Positions 38,060-51,550 of a stretch of DNA of 64,000 nt are shown here, one piece after another (position 1 is the first letter of the stretch; each line of letters opens with the position of its first letter). The stretch is from Octopus sinensis (lineage: Eukaryota), in the NCBI RefSeq assembly GCF_006345805.1, contig NC_043004.1:75888001-75952000 (forward strand), given 5' to 3'. The notes under the pieces are model-generated. The model saw nothing but the letters and a program-made list of their open reading frames with translations, did not search any database and had not been told where the DNA came from. The position numbers and the translations under genes are program-made.

Positions 38060-38689
38060 GCTATAACCACAGGCTGAGCAAAGCTTTGTAAATGGATCTG
38101 GTACATAGATAACTGGAATTTTGTTCCAGTGGATCTGATCAACAGAAGAGCCTGCTCGTGAAATTAAAATACAAGTGGCTGAGTACTCCACAGCCACGCA
38201 AACCCATAATATAGTTCTCAGGAAAGATTCAGTGTGATACAAAATGTAACAAGGCCGACCCTTTGAATTACAGACACAACTCATTTTTGCCAGCTGAGTG
38301 GAGCAACATGAAATAAAATGATAAAGCGTCTTACTCAAGGACATAATACACCTCTGGGAATTGAACCCGCAACTGTACAATCAAGAGCCGAATGCACTAA
38401 CCACTGAGCCACGTGCCATTTGGTAGAGGGAAACTGGAAGAAATCAGTCATACAGATATTTGTCTTTCTTTTATTCTTTTACTTGTTTTAGTCATTTGAC
38501 TGTGACCATGCTGGGGCACCACCTTTAGTAGAACGGATCAACACCTGGCCTTATTCTTTGTAATTATACTTTGGTTTCTTTTGCCGAACTGCTAAGTTAT
38601 GGGGACATAAACACATCAACATCAGTTGTCAAGTGATTGTGGGGGGGGACAAACACACACACACATATATATACTCTCTCTCTCTCTTT

Positions 38690-39075
38690 TACTCTTTTAC
38701 TTGTTTCAGTCATTTGACTGCGGCCATGCTGGAGCACCGCCTTTAGTCGAGCAAATCGACCCCGGGACTTATTCTTTGTAAGCCCAGTACTTATTCTATC
38801 GGTCTCTTTTGCCGAACCGCTAAGTGATGTAAACACACCAGCATCGGTTGTCAAGCAATGCTAGGGGGACAAACACACACACATATATACATATATATAT
38901 ACATATATACGACAGGCTTCTTTCAGTTTCCGTCTACCAAATCCACTCAAAAGGTATTGGTTGGCCTGGGGCTATAGCAGAAGACACTTGCCCAAGATGC
39001 CACGCAGTGGGACTGAACCCGGAACCATATGGTTGGTTAGCAAGCTACTTACCACACAGCCACTCCTGCACCTAT
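38690..39075 (-). mobile_element. Full-length SINE family A
   Basis: Consensus match. Confidence 0.9.
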
Positions 39076-39127
39076 ACACACATATATATATATACATATA
39101 TAGATATAGATATATATATATATATAT

Positions 39128-39750
39128 CCATTATCCTTCTCTTCTCCACATTTGCTGGGCCCCACCTCAAATACTGCTGCCTATTGTGGTCCCCTGACAA
39201 AAAAAAAGACATAATGAGGATCGAAGCGCCACATAGATCAATCACAAAAAATAAATGGCATGACGGGACTTGATTATTGGCCTCAACTTAAACAGCTGAA
39301 GCTCTATTTTCTGCAACGCCGCCGTGAGCAATATTATTTGCACCATGTGGAAAATATTCCACCAATATTATCCAAATGATATTGGCATTATGTTTACAAT
39401 TCACCCAAGACTAGGCCTCCGTGCAATGTGCCCCCTACAAAGGTCGAGTTCACATCACATAAGAACATTGTGACACAATTTCTTCACTGCAAATGGTCCT
39501 GCAATTTTCAATGTTATCCCAAAAGAAATTAAAGTAGAAAGAGACCCCACAACTTTCAGACGGTAAGTGGAGAAATTCCTCCAGGAAATACCGGATAAAC
39601 CACCTAAACCTGGATACGTCTCAACCAACAACAACTCTCTGCTTGAGTGGTCCATGGTGTCCTGAAACAATTAACTAAAAGACTTTTCCAGGTGGTGCTA
39701 CTGTGTTAGTCATGGCCTGGGCCGATAATGGCCAAAACCAATCTAAGTTA
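39128..39750 (+). mobile_element. CR1-like LINE 3' fragment (family b), decayed
   Basis: PHLKYCCLLWSP..IEAPHRSIT; tail GGTGGTGCT..CATGGCCTGGGCCGATAATGGCCAAAACC. Confidence 0.8.
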
Positions 39751-39810
39751 TTATGTGTGTATCGTTGGCGATTTTCTTTCTCCGTCTTCCTTTCTTTGAA
39801 CTTTTTCTAT

Positions 39811-39845
39811 ATTTCTGATGAAGAGCTCTGCTCGAAACGTGAAAT
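39811..39845 (+). ncRNA. Minimal type I hammerhead motif in a Penelope-like fragment (39752-39946)
   Basis: ATTT CTGATGA A GAGC TCT GCTC GAAA CGT G AAAT: core intact, position 17 = G. Confidence 0.65.
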
Positions 39846-40419
39846 CCACTTTCTTTTCTTTCCTTTCCTGAGCATCCAATAACACTGTACTTATTCCCTG
39901 TCCTTGCATTGTTGCTTTTTCTTGCTTGTTCATGTTTGGATTGACTATATATATATATATATATATATATACAACAGGCTTCTTTCAGTTTCTATCTATC
40001 AAATCCACCCAAGACACTTGCCCAAGGTAACACACAGTAGGACTGAACTTGGAGCCATGTGGTTGGTAAGCAAGCTTCTTACCACACAGCCACGCTGCGC
40101 CTATATATATATATGAGTGTATTTATCTAGGTGGCATGTGGTGGTTGTAAACGAGCTTCACCTCCATACGGGCAGGGTCCTTCGTTTCTAGTCTGACCAT
40201 GGGGAAGTATTACCTTGCCTGGAAATAGGTGAGGGTTGATAACAGGAAGAGCATTCAGCTGTAGAAAATTTACCTCAATAAATTCCGTCTGACCCATGCA
40301 AGCATGGAAAAGTGGACGTTAAGTGATTATGGTAATGATGATGATGATGATGATAATGATGATGATAAGGAAGATGAAAGTTTTGGTGAGACCCTTAACG
40401 GTGTTAATAGTCACACATT

Positions 40420-41762
40420 TGGACAGCGCTGCTACTACAACACACGCGGGTATAATTATGGCTTCAGCCGATTTATAATAGGTGTAGCAAGTAAATCGGA
40501 AAAAAAAAAAAAAATTACGGTGCTTTTAACTGGCAAAGTTCTTTGCATCGAGTTAGTCCGTTCCTTGTTACTCTGAGCATCAGTAATACAATGGACCAAT
40601 TATTGTCCCGCTGAATGTTTGTTACTAACGACGCTATAGTTCACAAATACCGATATGAAATATTGTTCAATTTCAGGCAGTTTTTCTAATAAAACCAGTT
40701 TTTAAAAGATGTTATAAGCTTGTAGATTATATCTATGTGTTTAAGCAAACCTATGGCTTAGACCGAGCGAATAATTCCTTTTATGTTTCCGATAATGGCC
40801 ATGCTGACTTTATAGTAACACATGCCATTATGTTCTTAAACTGTGTTCGTCGGTAGAAATTTCACAGACAATAAATAAGTCAAGCACTTGTTAAGCAGCT
40901 TCTTAATTCGTTCGAATTTGTCGATATTTCACGGATTGTATTGAATGACGGAAATCTGTAAATGCTAATTTAGGAGGTGTTCACCATGACTCTATTTCTT
41001 TTTAAAGTTAGTTTTTTTTCTTGTTTTTTTTTTTTTCAATGTTAAAACTGTTTTATTAATTAATCATAAACCCGCGAGAGAATATAATTTGCAAAACTAA
41101 AATAGCAATAAAAGAAAAAAAAAACGAATAAAAGGAAGAATATTTTTTATAGAAATCCGTCAATAATTCGCTCCATCAGGGAATAAATACACTTTATTTT
41201 ATTCCCTTGTGATCTATCGGTTTCTGAGTTCAAATCTCGGCGTGGACACATCTGCCATCCATTCTTCCGGGGTCGATGAAATAAAGGAACAAGTATATAG
41301 ATATTGACACATTTGGTTTTAAACTCCTCCCTCTTATTATTTTTTTTTTTAAGAAGTTGGCCTTGAAAGCAATTTGTAAATCTTTCTGACGCGGAAGACA
41401 AAGAAAAAATTAGCATAAATTTGCATGGCTTTTTTATTATTTTTTTTCTCTCTCTGATACCTTCACGAAAGAAACCATCACAGTCATTTTCAGTTTAATA
41501 CCCACTTAAATAATAGATAATAGGAACAGTGTAAAATGTCAATGAAACAACGAGACGGGTGTTGTTACGGAGGAAGCTCTTGTCAGTCTTTACCCAGAGC
41601 TGTCAAAGTGACAATTATTAATCCACCCCTAAACCATTAAGAGACCAACTCCAAGATGGTCCAGCTTTAACAGATATAACCATGTCCATTCTCTTCCTAG
41701 CCGTACCCGGCTCCGTCTCTTTTCCTCTCTCTCTTATTTTTCAGACCACAAAAAGATTACTG

Positions 41763-41800
<38 letters not shown>

Positions 41801-42490
41801 CAAATAAACCTGGATATTGTCTTAATTAATGTCAGTGATCTATTTTAAAAACTGTGGAAGAGGGATATGAAGCCAAAACCAGAAACGTTTAATTTATTAT
41901 TATCAGCAATCAATCTCCAACCCTTCTCAATGTTTATTTAAAATAAAAAATAAATGTTTCTCTCCCGTTGTTATTTGATATCTTTTCCGATTTTCATTAT
42001 TTTGTTGTTGAAGTTTGGCTGAAGAGATAACAAACACGATCCTGTTCAGTTGAAACCAAGTCCCTCCTTCTGCCTCCTCGGCTGCTGCTATTGAACAGAT
42101 TTCAACAATTCATTCCAGGCTTGTTCTGGTTTTCTTTCTATCAGGACATATTGTGTGCGTGTGGGGGGGAGGGGGCACTTTCTGTGTGTAGTAGTGTGTG
42201 TGAGTGTCTGAACGGGTGTGTGAAATGTGTATATGGAGGTTCATGTGAGTGTTAGCGCGTGTCTGTATATGTATATGCTTCTGTGTGTGTATGTGTACCT
42301 GTGCGTGTATGTGTACCTCTGAGTGTGTGTGTGTGTGTGATATATAAAGCTATATTACTACTACACACACAGCACTTAATTACTTTGAAAGGTGGGGCTC
42401 CAGCATGGCCTTATCTCTCACTGCTAAAGCACACACTATATAATGTACGCATGCATATATATGTGTGTGTGCATATATGTATATATAGTT

Positions 42491-42530
<40 letters not shown>

Positions 42531-44300
42531 CACACATATATATATGTATATATATAGTTACTTTATAAAAAATACTATATACAATATAAACTCGACTCCA
42601 TATATTGAGTGCGCCTATCTTTCATTATACCACACACGATTACTTTAAAAAATTATATATATATATATATATAATATATTTATATAAATACATTCAATAT
42701 ATTTGTATTATATATTATGTGTGTATTAGTCTGCTTAAATGTGTATACATAAATATTATATACGTGTGTGAAAGTGCTCACGCATGTGCCCGTGTGTGTG
42801 TGTGAGGAAGAGAAAGAGAGGCAGAGAGGGAGCAGGAGAACCTGTATATTAAGTAAAGAATTACTCCATTTCTAGCTCCTTCTCAGTTTCTCGCTTTCGT
42901 GTCTTCGACTGTGAGATACAAACGAGGCCAGAGTGATACACACACACACACACACACACAAAGTAAATATACTCACACATGTATGTGTGTGTGTATGTGT
43001 GTGTGATCAAATATACGTATATATATATATATATATGTGTGTGTGTGAATATACGTGTATATATGTGTGTGTGACTGAATATACATGTGTGTGTGTGTGT
43101 GTGTGACTGAATATACATGTATGTATGCGTGCGTGAATATACGTGTATATTTGTGTGTGTGACTGAATATACATGTGTGTGTGTGTGCGAATATACGTGT
43201 ATATATATATGTGTGTGTGTGACTGAATATACATGTATGTGTGTGTGTGTAAATCCAATATGGCGTGTGTCAGGTAGGACAAGGAAGTTGAGAGACACAC
43301 ACAAAATAAAAACCCTGTTGTCAAGCATCTCCACAGTGATGTCATCAGCTGCTTAGCTTGGTAGACATTTTTTTAAAGACATATATCTATATCAATGAAT
43401 AATAAGGATCTTAAATAATTGTCGATTATGGTGAGTCATTCATCAAATGAGCCTGCTACCATCCTGTAGACAACACAACGCCACAGCCTCCGCCGCCGAT
43501 ATTTATTATTAATTTATTATTAATTAAAGAGAGACAGGTCAATCTTGAAACGTGTGTCAGTCGCTCGATTTGCCTTGTCCATTAATAGCAGCCAAATCTC
43601 CCTCAAGTTACACCTTACTAGCTTAAATAAAAAATGATTCACTGGACAGTGGTCCCTGTTATAACATGATGCTCATGACTGGTCTATCGAGGTTGACCTA
43701 GGGCTAAATAAGACCTATTAATAGATACATCATCCGCCACATGTCTTCTTGGCAAGCTTTATTGCAACCACGTGCTGCTTAAATTTAGCAATTAAGACAA
43801 AATATTCGGAACAAGTCGTCGCTGCCTTATGATCAATAGTTTAAATCATAAATATACTGGAATCACTCCAAATGTAACACTTAAACTACGTTAGATTTCC
43901 CCATATTATATTACATTAAACCATAAACTGCAAATCCGAAATTAGCGATGTTATTAATATACGATCCTCGTTTTTCCCTAAAGAAATATTTCTGACCAAA
44001 CCGAAATTGCTTCCGATATAAAGAGACAATTAATGTAAGGGAGCTAACTTACAGTTTTAGTATATCTTCATTGTCTCCCTTGGAAGATCTTTTTATATAC
44101 ACTTCTCGCCACTGAGTTAAATACAGACATACCTCAACTTACGTCGTTTCTTTTCTTTCCCTCCTGTATTCCTTGATTACTGCTTAATTATTCGCATTGC
44201 TTTGAATTAATCATGCATTATCTCATAGCTTTAAGATTTCGATGATGTGATTGTTAAATGTTTCGAATGCACTGAGAGGTTGATCTGGTCTCTAGCTGTC
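40420..44300. promoter_or_regulatory. Retroposon-poor, CpG-retaining unique region; candidate promoter/enhancer zone
   Basis: Almost no SINEs over ~4 kb versus one per ~1 kb elsewhere, many unmutated CpGs, homeodomain/TALE/TCF-like motifs, AATATGGCG followed by CAG|GTAGGA at 43257-43279. Confidence 0.3.
43020..43250. repeat. Minisatellite of (GT)n-GACTGAATATAC(A/G)T units
   Basis: Direct reading. Confidence 0.85.
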
Positions 44301-44559
44301 TCATTTTTCGTGTCATCGGAAACAACTTGCTTTATTCAAAATGTCTATTGCTTACAGTACAAACTCAGATCAACCTTATAAGCTAACTTCCATAGCCGCC
44401 TTTCCCTCTTAAATACTCCCCACTTAGATGTGGGAGGCTTTTCTTTTTCCTCTCCCCATTCTTTTTCTATCTTGAAACTTGGCAACTTTGATGGCATGAG
44501 AAAAGCAGCCAATACTTTCTGTAAAAGTTGATGGCGTTAGGAATGGCCTCCAACCATAG

Positions 44560-45370
44560 AAGCGATGCCAAAGTTGACATATTGAGCAAAGCCGTTTTCT
44601 TGAAAGGATTCGTGGTTTGTCCTTCTTTCCTGCTTGTTAGAACTTTGGTCTTTTCTAAGTAAACTTTAATGCCTTTTGATTTGAGGTTTTGCATCGACAC
44701 CTAGAATTTCTTTTCTAATTCTTCTACAGATTCAGCTATGAGAATAATGTCATTAGCATAAAGGAGCTACAACAAACAACCACTTTTAAATTCCTCTGTT
44801 ATGGGCTGGAGGACAATGATAAACAGGAAGGGTGTGAAAAACTGGTGAATCCTTACCTATTCACTAAATTCGTTGTTGTACTCAAAGGGCTTATCAACAG
44901 CACTTCTTTACATGACATGAACAGCTCACATCGGCCCTTCACCTACCCTTAACTTCCATGGTAATCATCAGATGAGGGAAGATTAAAGACTTTCTTCATG
45001 TTTACAAATGCCAAGTAGTCCTCCTCCTCCTCCTCCTCATCATCATCATCGTTTAACGTCTGCTTTCCATGCTGGCATGGGTTGGACGGTTTGACTGGGG
45101 GCTGGCAAGCCATGCGGCTGCACCAGGCTCCAATCTGTTCTGGCAAGGTTTCTACAGCTGGATGCCCTTGCTAATGCCAACCACTCTGGAAGTATAGTGG
45201 GTGCTTTTTATGTGCCACCAGCATGGGTGCCAGTCAAGTGGCACTGGCATCAGCCATGACAGTGATTTTTACCTGACTATAGGTCTTCTCAAGCACAGCA
45301 TATCTCCAAAGGTCTCGGTTGCTTGTCATTGCTTCTATGAGGCCCAACCTTCGAAAGTCATGCTTCAACA
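44560..45370 (-). mobile_element. Decayed RTE ORF2 pieces plus an RTE 3'-UTR copy
   Basis: LKSKGIKVYLEKTKVL and AFVNMKKVFN; 45040-45370 begins CATCATCGTTTAACGTC. Confidence 0.65.
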
Positions 45371-46150
45371 CCTCATCCCAGTGGTTATATTTTTGGTTAA
45401 ATACTTCTGCTTTTGCCTCACTATAAAGAGAATATCTGCTGTTCTTCCTGATCCAAAATCAAACTGCATCACATCTACACTAATTCCTTTCCAAATTAGT
45501 TGGACTACACACACACATACATATATAATATTTAATTAGAGGATAGGTTAACTTCGTGAAGGGATGGTTGCATCCAAGGAAGTACTGGTTCAATACCTAG
45601 TCTTTTGGGGAAATGAAATTCCCTTAAAACAATTGGTAGATATAAAGCATATAGTGTATATCCATTGAAAAGAAGAAAAGAAAATGGAGATAAGGAAGTT
45701 AACAATTGTTTATTATTAACAAAAAATTGGTCATCTTTGCTTCTTACAGCCAAAGATAACCAATCATCATCATCGTTTAGCGTCCGTTTTCCATGCTAGC
45801 ATGGGTTGGACGGTTCAACTGGGGTCTGTGAAGCCAGAAGGCTTCATCAGGCCCAGTCAGATCTAGCAGTGTTTCTACGGCTGGATGCCCTTCCTAACGC
45901 CAACCACTCCGTGAGTGTAGTGGGTGCTTTTTACGTGCCACCCGCACAGGTGCCAGACAGAGCTGGCAAACGGCCACGAACGGATGGTGCTTTTTATGTA
46001 TATATATATATATATATATATATCATCATCATCATCGTTAAATGTCGGTCACATATATAGTTGAAATTTATAGAAAAATAAAAGACAAAATCAAGTGTGG
46101 GAATAACAAGCAAGTGTATTAGTTTGACACTCGAGAAAAATAGAAAAGTC

Positions 46151-46184
46151 TTTTACATTTCGAGCCTACATCCCTCAACAGAAA
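46151..46184 (-). ncRNA. Hammerhead-like relic in a Penelope-like fragment (46050-46255)
   Basis: TTT CTGTTGA GGGAT GTAG GCTC GAAA TGT A AAA; same family as 53533-53566. Confidence 0.45.
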
Positions 46185-46489
46185 GGAAGAAGAGGAAATA
46201 AATAGAGAGAGAATAAAAAAAAGTGTGTAGAATTCAGCGGACCAACACGACAATATATCTATCTATGTATCTATGTGTATATATATATATATATATTTCC
46301 ATTTATGCAACATGAGCATAATATCATCAGAGGAAAGAAAAAAGATGATATTAAGCTCATGTCACATCAATGCAAATTTAATGTTTATTGAGTATCAACT
46401 GAAACAGCTGTAAGTGAAAATGACCAATTTGCTGTTAATAATAAATAATTATTAACTTCACAATCTCCATTTTCTTCTGCTTTTATATG

Positions 46490-46880
46490 GAGTGGCGGTG
46501 TGGTAAGTAGCTTGCTAACCAACCACATGGTTCCGGGTTCAGTCCCACTGCGTGGCATCTTGGGCAAGTGTCTTCTGCTATAGCCCCGGGCCGACCAATG
46601 CCTTGTGAGTGGATTTGGTAGACGGAAACTGAAAGAAGCCCGTCGTATATATGTATATATATATATGTATGTGTGTGTGTTTGTGTGTCTGTGTTTGTCC
46701 CCCTAGCATTGCTTGACAACCGATGCTGGTGTGTTTATGTCCCTGTTACTTAGCGGTTCAGCAAAAGAGACCGATAGAATAAGTACTGGGCTTACAAAAT
46801 AGTAAGTCCCGGGGTCGAGTTGCTTGATTAAAGGCGGTGCTCCAGCATGGCCGCAGTCAAATGACTGAAACAAGTAAAAA
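46490..46880 (+). mobile_element. Full-length SINE family A
   Basis: Consensus match. Confidence 0.9.
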
Positions 46881-47066
46881 GAGAGAGAAAAGAAAGAGAT
46901 ATGTTTTTATATATATACCTATTATTACCTATTATTTTAAGGAAATTTATTCCCCAAAATACTAAGTATTGAAACTATTTCGTTGGCTGAAACCATCCCT
47001 TCATGAAGTTAACACAACCTCTAATTAAATATTTATCTATCTATCTATGCGTGTGTGTGTGTGTGT

Positions 47067-47113
<47 letters not shown>

Positions 47114-47179
47114 AAATAAAATCAGACAACAAAACCAAGGTTGTGTGGAATTTTCAGGACATTTATAAAGAGAAAGGTA

Positions 47180-47227
47180 GTCTTACAGCTGTTTCTGGGA
47201 TATCAGGGATATCACTTCATCAGAAAC
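47180..47227 (-). ncRNA. Type I hammerhead motif with all catalytic-core residues, in a Penelope-like fragment (47110-47515)
   Basis: GTTT CTGATGA AGT GATATC CCT GATATC CCA GAAA C AGCT G TA AGAC. Confidence 0.7.
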
Positions 47228-47924
47228 AATATGAGAGAGTTAACTAGAGGGAAATAGTAGAGTTCAGTATAAGGAGTTATTTTGTAAAAGGAAGGAAATA
47301 AGGAGCATACAGGGAAATAGAAGAATGAATGGATACCAATGCCTCTCATATATATTACTTGAAATGTGGAGCAGATAGACAGCCGACAACTGATGAAGGG
47401 TCATTCTCTGTGTTACTTGTCCTGTTTTCCATTTTTTCCTCTTGTAGTTTGTGTATTTCACTTGTTTGTTTCCGTACTTCATGTTGTTTACATAGTTGGT
47501 GACGTCCTAAACCCATATATGCATACATACATACATATGTATATTTATATGGGGTGATGGTGGTATGCAGTGATATGAATAACTACAAACTCGTTACCAG
47601 TTCAAATATACCTGAGACAGTCCTCAGTCAAATCCTCCAACCTGTGCCAGCATGGAAAGTGGGCGTTAAACAATGATGGTGATGATGATGATGTAAGTAA
47701 GAAATTCACAGTATTTTGTGATGGAGAAAATTTCTCACTGTAGACAAATAAGTGAAAATACATTGAGTCAGTTCACAGCATCCCCTAAACTGACTGCTCG
47801 ATGCATGCATTTTGGAGTTGTTATCTCCTCTTCAGCACCAGAAACCAGAAAGGCAAATGCTATTAACACAACAAACAAGTCCCAGGAATGTGAAACTTTA
47901 AGAGTAGAGAGAGGGGGGAGGGAG

Positions 47925-48151
47925 AGATAGACAGAGGACAGACAGACGGATAGATAGATAGATAGATAGATAGATAGACAGATAGATAGATGGATAGATA
48001 GATAGATAAATAGATAGATAGATAGATAGATAGATAGAGAGAGAGACAGACAAACAGACAGATAGATAGATAGAGAGAGACAGACAGACAGACAAACAGA
48101 CAGATAGATAGATAGGTAGATAGATAGATAGTTAGACAGACAGACAGACAT

Positions 48152-48184
<33 letters not shown>

Positions 48185-48197
48185 TAGACAGATAGAC

Positions 48198-48240
<43 letters not shown>
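47925..48240. repeat. (GATA)/(GACA)n tetranucleotide array
   Basis: Direct reading. Confidence 0.95.
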
Positions 48241-48242
<2 letters not shown>

Positions 48243-49721
48243 TAATTATATTTAATATGCTTGTCTACGTTCAGATATGGAAAGGCTATGTGTATGTTGC
48301 TGTCTGAAGTGGTTTGACTTCATGCGATCGTTGTAAACAAACATCACCGTCAGGCAAATGGTGTCCTTCGTTTCCAATCTGCCATGAAAACAGGTCTGGC
48401 CATGGAGGAAATATTACCTTATATGGAAACAGGAAGGACATCTGACTGTGGAAAATCTGCCTCAATGACATCTGTCTGACCCATGCAAGCATGGAATTGT
48501 GGATGTTTAAACGACGACGATGTTAGATGTTAGATGTACTGATAGTCTTTTAAAAACACAAGCCTTTCCGTCTTTTAATCTTAGTTTACCCCTCACCGAA
48601 CAGAAAAACAGAAGAAATAAACAAAAGAATTCGCTGAAAAAGATAGAGTTTCATTCATTTTTCGTATCCTTGTTGTTGTTTTGTTTTCTCTCGTCAGAAA
48701 AAAGTTTGTTTCTAATCTCGAGAAAATTTGAGAAAGGGTTTCGTCAGAAATATGGAATGTTAAAAAGAAATCTTATGAAAATGTTTTGTGTTTGTAAATA
48801 TTCCATTCAAAGAATTTAGTCTAAGAGGGAGAGAGAAAGTGAGAGAAGTGGGGCACGGCCTACAAAAGTGCTGGGAACTTATAGAGGACAATAAGAAAGG
48901 GAGGATGAGATTTAGAAAAGGAAGGGAGTAAAATGAAAGCCATGTCCCTGCTGAGTACTTATCTGACATATTTGTGTGTGTGTGTGTGTGCTGGGATTGT
49001 GAAGAAGAGACAGTGAGAGAATATGGGAAGCTGAGGGTGGGACGAATGGCTGTATCTCTTGTGTCTCTTCCTCTGAGTGTGTTTATGTGTGTATGTATGC
49101 ATATGTGAGTGTGTGTTCATTTGAGTGCATGTATGTGCTTGTGTATGTGTGTGTGTGTGTGTATGTATGTATATGTGATTGCGTGATTTTGGATGAGTGT
49201 ATGTTTATGTGAATACATGTTTGCGTGTGCGTATATGAATATGACTGTGTGTGTGTATTTATCATCGTCCTATTTTCCTCTGGTCTCTGATATTCTCTCC
49301 TTTAAGCTTATTGTCAATTGACATCTTTTGAATGCGTAGGACCCTTCTTTTCCTTCGCTTCAGTCCCCTACTGTTTTTTGCACCAAGGACCAGCTTCATA
49401 CACAGCAATTTTTTCAATAGACTGAGGCATCAAACGCTTAACAAAACACAATTAAAGTACATGATATTTAATTTAATTATTATCAATATAATTATTATAA
49501 GGTAGTGAGATGGCAGAATCGTTAGCAGGCCAGGCAAAAAGGCTTAGCAACATTTCGTCCGTCTTTGCATTCTGAGTTCAAATACTGCCAAGGTTGAGTT
49601 TGGGGTCGATGAAATAAGTCCCTGTCAAGCACTGGGGTTGATATAATCGTCTTATCCCCTCCCCTGAAATTGCTGGCCTGGTGCCAAAATTTGAAACCAA
49701 TGTTATATGTATATAAATTTA

Positions 49722-50270
49722 TTAAATACTACAAAGCGTATATGTAGGACAGACACAAGGACCCTAATTCTTCCTTAGTTATTGACCAAAAGTTTTCTCT
49801 CTTTTTCCTCAACTTTTTCTCCTCTCACCAATCTCGTTCTCCATTTGATGGCTTCTTCCAGGCGTTAATCCGCCATCCTCGTGTTTGGCCGTAAGGTTTT
49901 ATTTATTGTCTTCGTCTATCGTTTCAAAGTACATTTGTTTACTTTCGTATGTCCACCCTGTATCGTTTTGTTTGCTCTAGCCGCAAATCTTGCGGGTGCC
50001 GCCGATATACGAAATTCTCAGTCTTATCGTTAACGGTACGAAACTGGGTATTAGTATTTTTGGTCAATAACTGAGGAAGAATTAGGGTCCTTGAATCTGT
50101 CCTACGTGTACGTTTTGTAGTATTTAAGACATTTTTCATTTGGGGATTAACTGAACACCACACATCCTGACTTTTGTTATAATACATATAATACATACAC
50201 AATGCAAAAAACGTTCTGCAGATTGCAATTAGCAATAATTTAGGCATAAAATTTCAAAAATTTATTCTTC
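49722..50270. mobile_element. CpG-rich element with 70-bp inverted repeats (49722-49791 / 50058-50127), Penelope-like
   Basis: Arms are reverse complements; scattered hammerhead half-motifs (CGAAAC..GTA at ~50039, CTGAGGA at 50071). Confidence 0.5.
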
Positions 50271-50280
50271 CTTTGAGAGG

Positions 50281-50806
50281 AAGCATTTGATGGGACTATC
50301 AAGGGCACCTAAGTAACTCAATCAGTTGTCTTTGTGGTAGAGGAATGTTATCTGGAACCACCCAGTAGCAACAAACCTGATTAGATGAAAGGCTGAGTTT
50401 ATCAGAGTGGAATTTGAATAAATTGACACCATGTTAAGATTCTGGGAAGTATTCAGTCCATACGTTAAAGGTAACGAACTTAGCTCATTATCTTTAGCTT
50501 ATGGATGTGTAACTTGAATGTTGGCAGAGTCTCAAGCACCAACTCACTGCTCGGATCACTGTGTTTGGAGGTGAAAACAACTGAATTCTAAAACAGGATT
50601 TTGTTAGTGACTGATGATTTCAGCAAGCAACTAACCATTAACATCTCTGATAGAAACATAAAGAACTTGTTTTTATCATAGCTGGGCTGACCAGTAAAAA
50701 TACAATAGAACCACCTGATGCTTAACTTGTTAAAATCCCAGATGGGAACAGCATATTAGAATGTCATTAACAATTTTGTCTTTGGCACCTTTTCTTTGAC
50801 AGACCA
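50281..50806 (+). mobile_element. Tc1/mariner-like transposase relic and 3' end
   Basis: Frameshifted DE..F..SG..N.H.V.I.GS and FQQ remnants; the 3' part is homologous to 295-600. Confidence 0.45.
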
Positions 50807-50809
50807 TAA

Positions 50810-50857
<48 letters not shown>

Positions 50858-50860
<3 letters not shown>

Positions 50861-51305
50861 TCATCATCATCGTTTAACATACACTTTCCATGCTGGCATG
50901 GATGGGTTGGACGGTTTGACTGAAGACTGGTGAGCCAGATGGCTGCACCAGGCTCCAATCTGATCTGGCAGAGTTTCTACAGCTGGATGCCCTTCCTAAC
51001 GCCAATCACTACGAGAGTGCAGTGGGTGCTTTTACATGCCACCGGCACAAGGGCCAGTCAGGCAGTATTGGCAATGGCCATGGTCAAATGGGGTTTTTTA
51101 CATGCCACTTGCACAGGAGCCAGTCCAGCAGCACTGGTAACGACCTCGCTTGAATGATGTTTTTCATGTGCCAGTAAGGTGACAATGGTAAAGATCATGC
51201 TTGAATGGTGCTTTTTACGTACCACTGGCATGGGAGCCAGGGAACAGCACTGGCAATGATCACGCTCGGATGGTGCTCTTAACGTTCCACTACTACGGAT
51301 GCCAG
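50858..51305 (-). mobile_element. RTE 3'-UTR copy
   Basis: CATCATCGTTTAAC..TTTCCATGCTGGCATGG and internal GTGCCACCGGCAC repeats. Confidence 0.8.
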
Positions 51306-51550
51306 TCATATATATATATATATATATATATAAGTATATGTACGTATATAAATGTAAGACGCAGGGATCGAGGTGTAGGAAGAAAGTTAGCTTCAAGCAA
51401 TCCATAGTAAATATAAAGAACAACACTCAGGGACAATAGTGGTTAATTGAAACGGAAGGTTGTGGATTTTTTTCGTATTGAAGTAGGAAAAAAGTTCTTT
51501 TTATATACCATGGTAGGTGACCAGGGTTGCCAGATGTGCAAATAAGAATA

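Larger units (their letters stand above)
37239..38194. repeat. Inverted duplication (~390-bp arms 37239-37642 / 37810-38194) of a nested SINE C + SINE A + hAT composite
   Basis: Arms are reverse complements across all three junctions, roughly 90% identical by eye. Confidence 0.9.

Noticed and set aside
46330-46415. ERKKMILSSCH resembling an integrase zinc-binding region, followed by GTAAGT
   Set aside because: Too short, weak acceptor, and no further integrase motifs.
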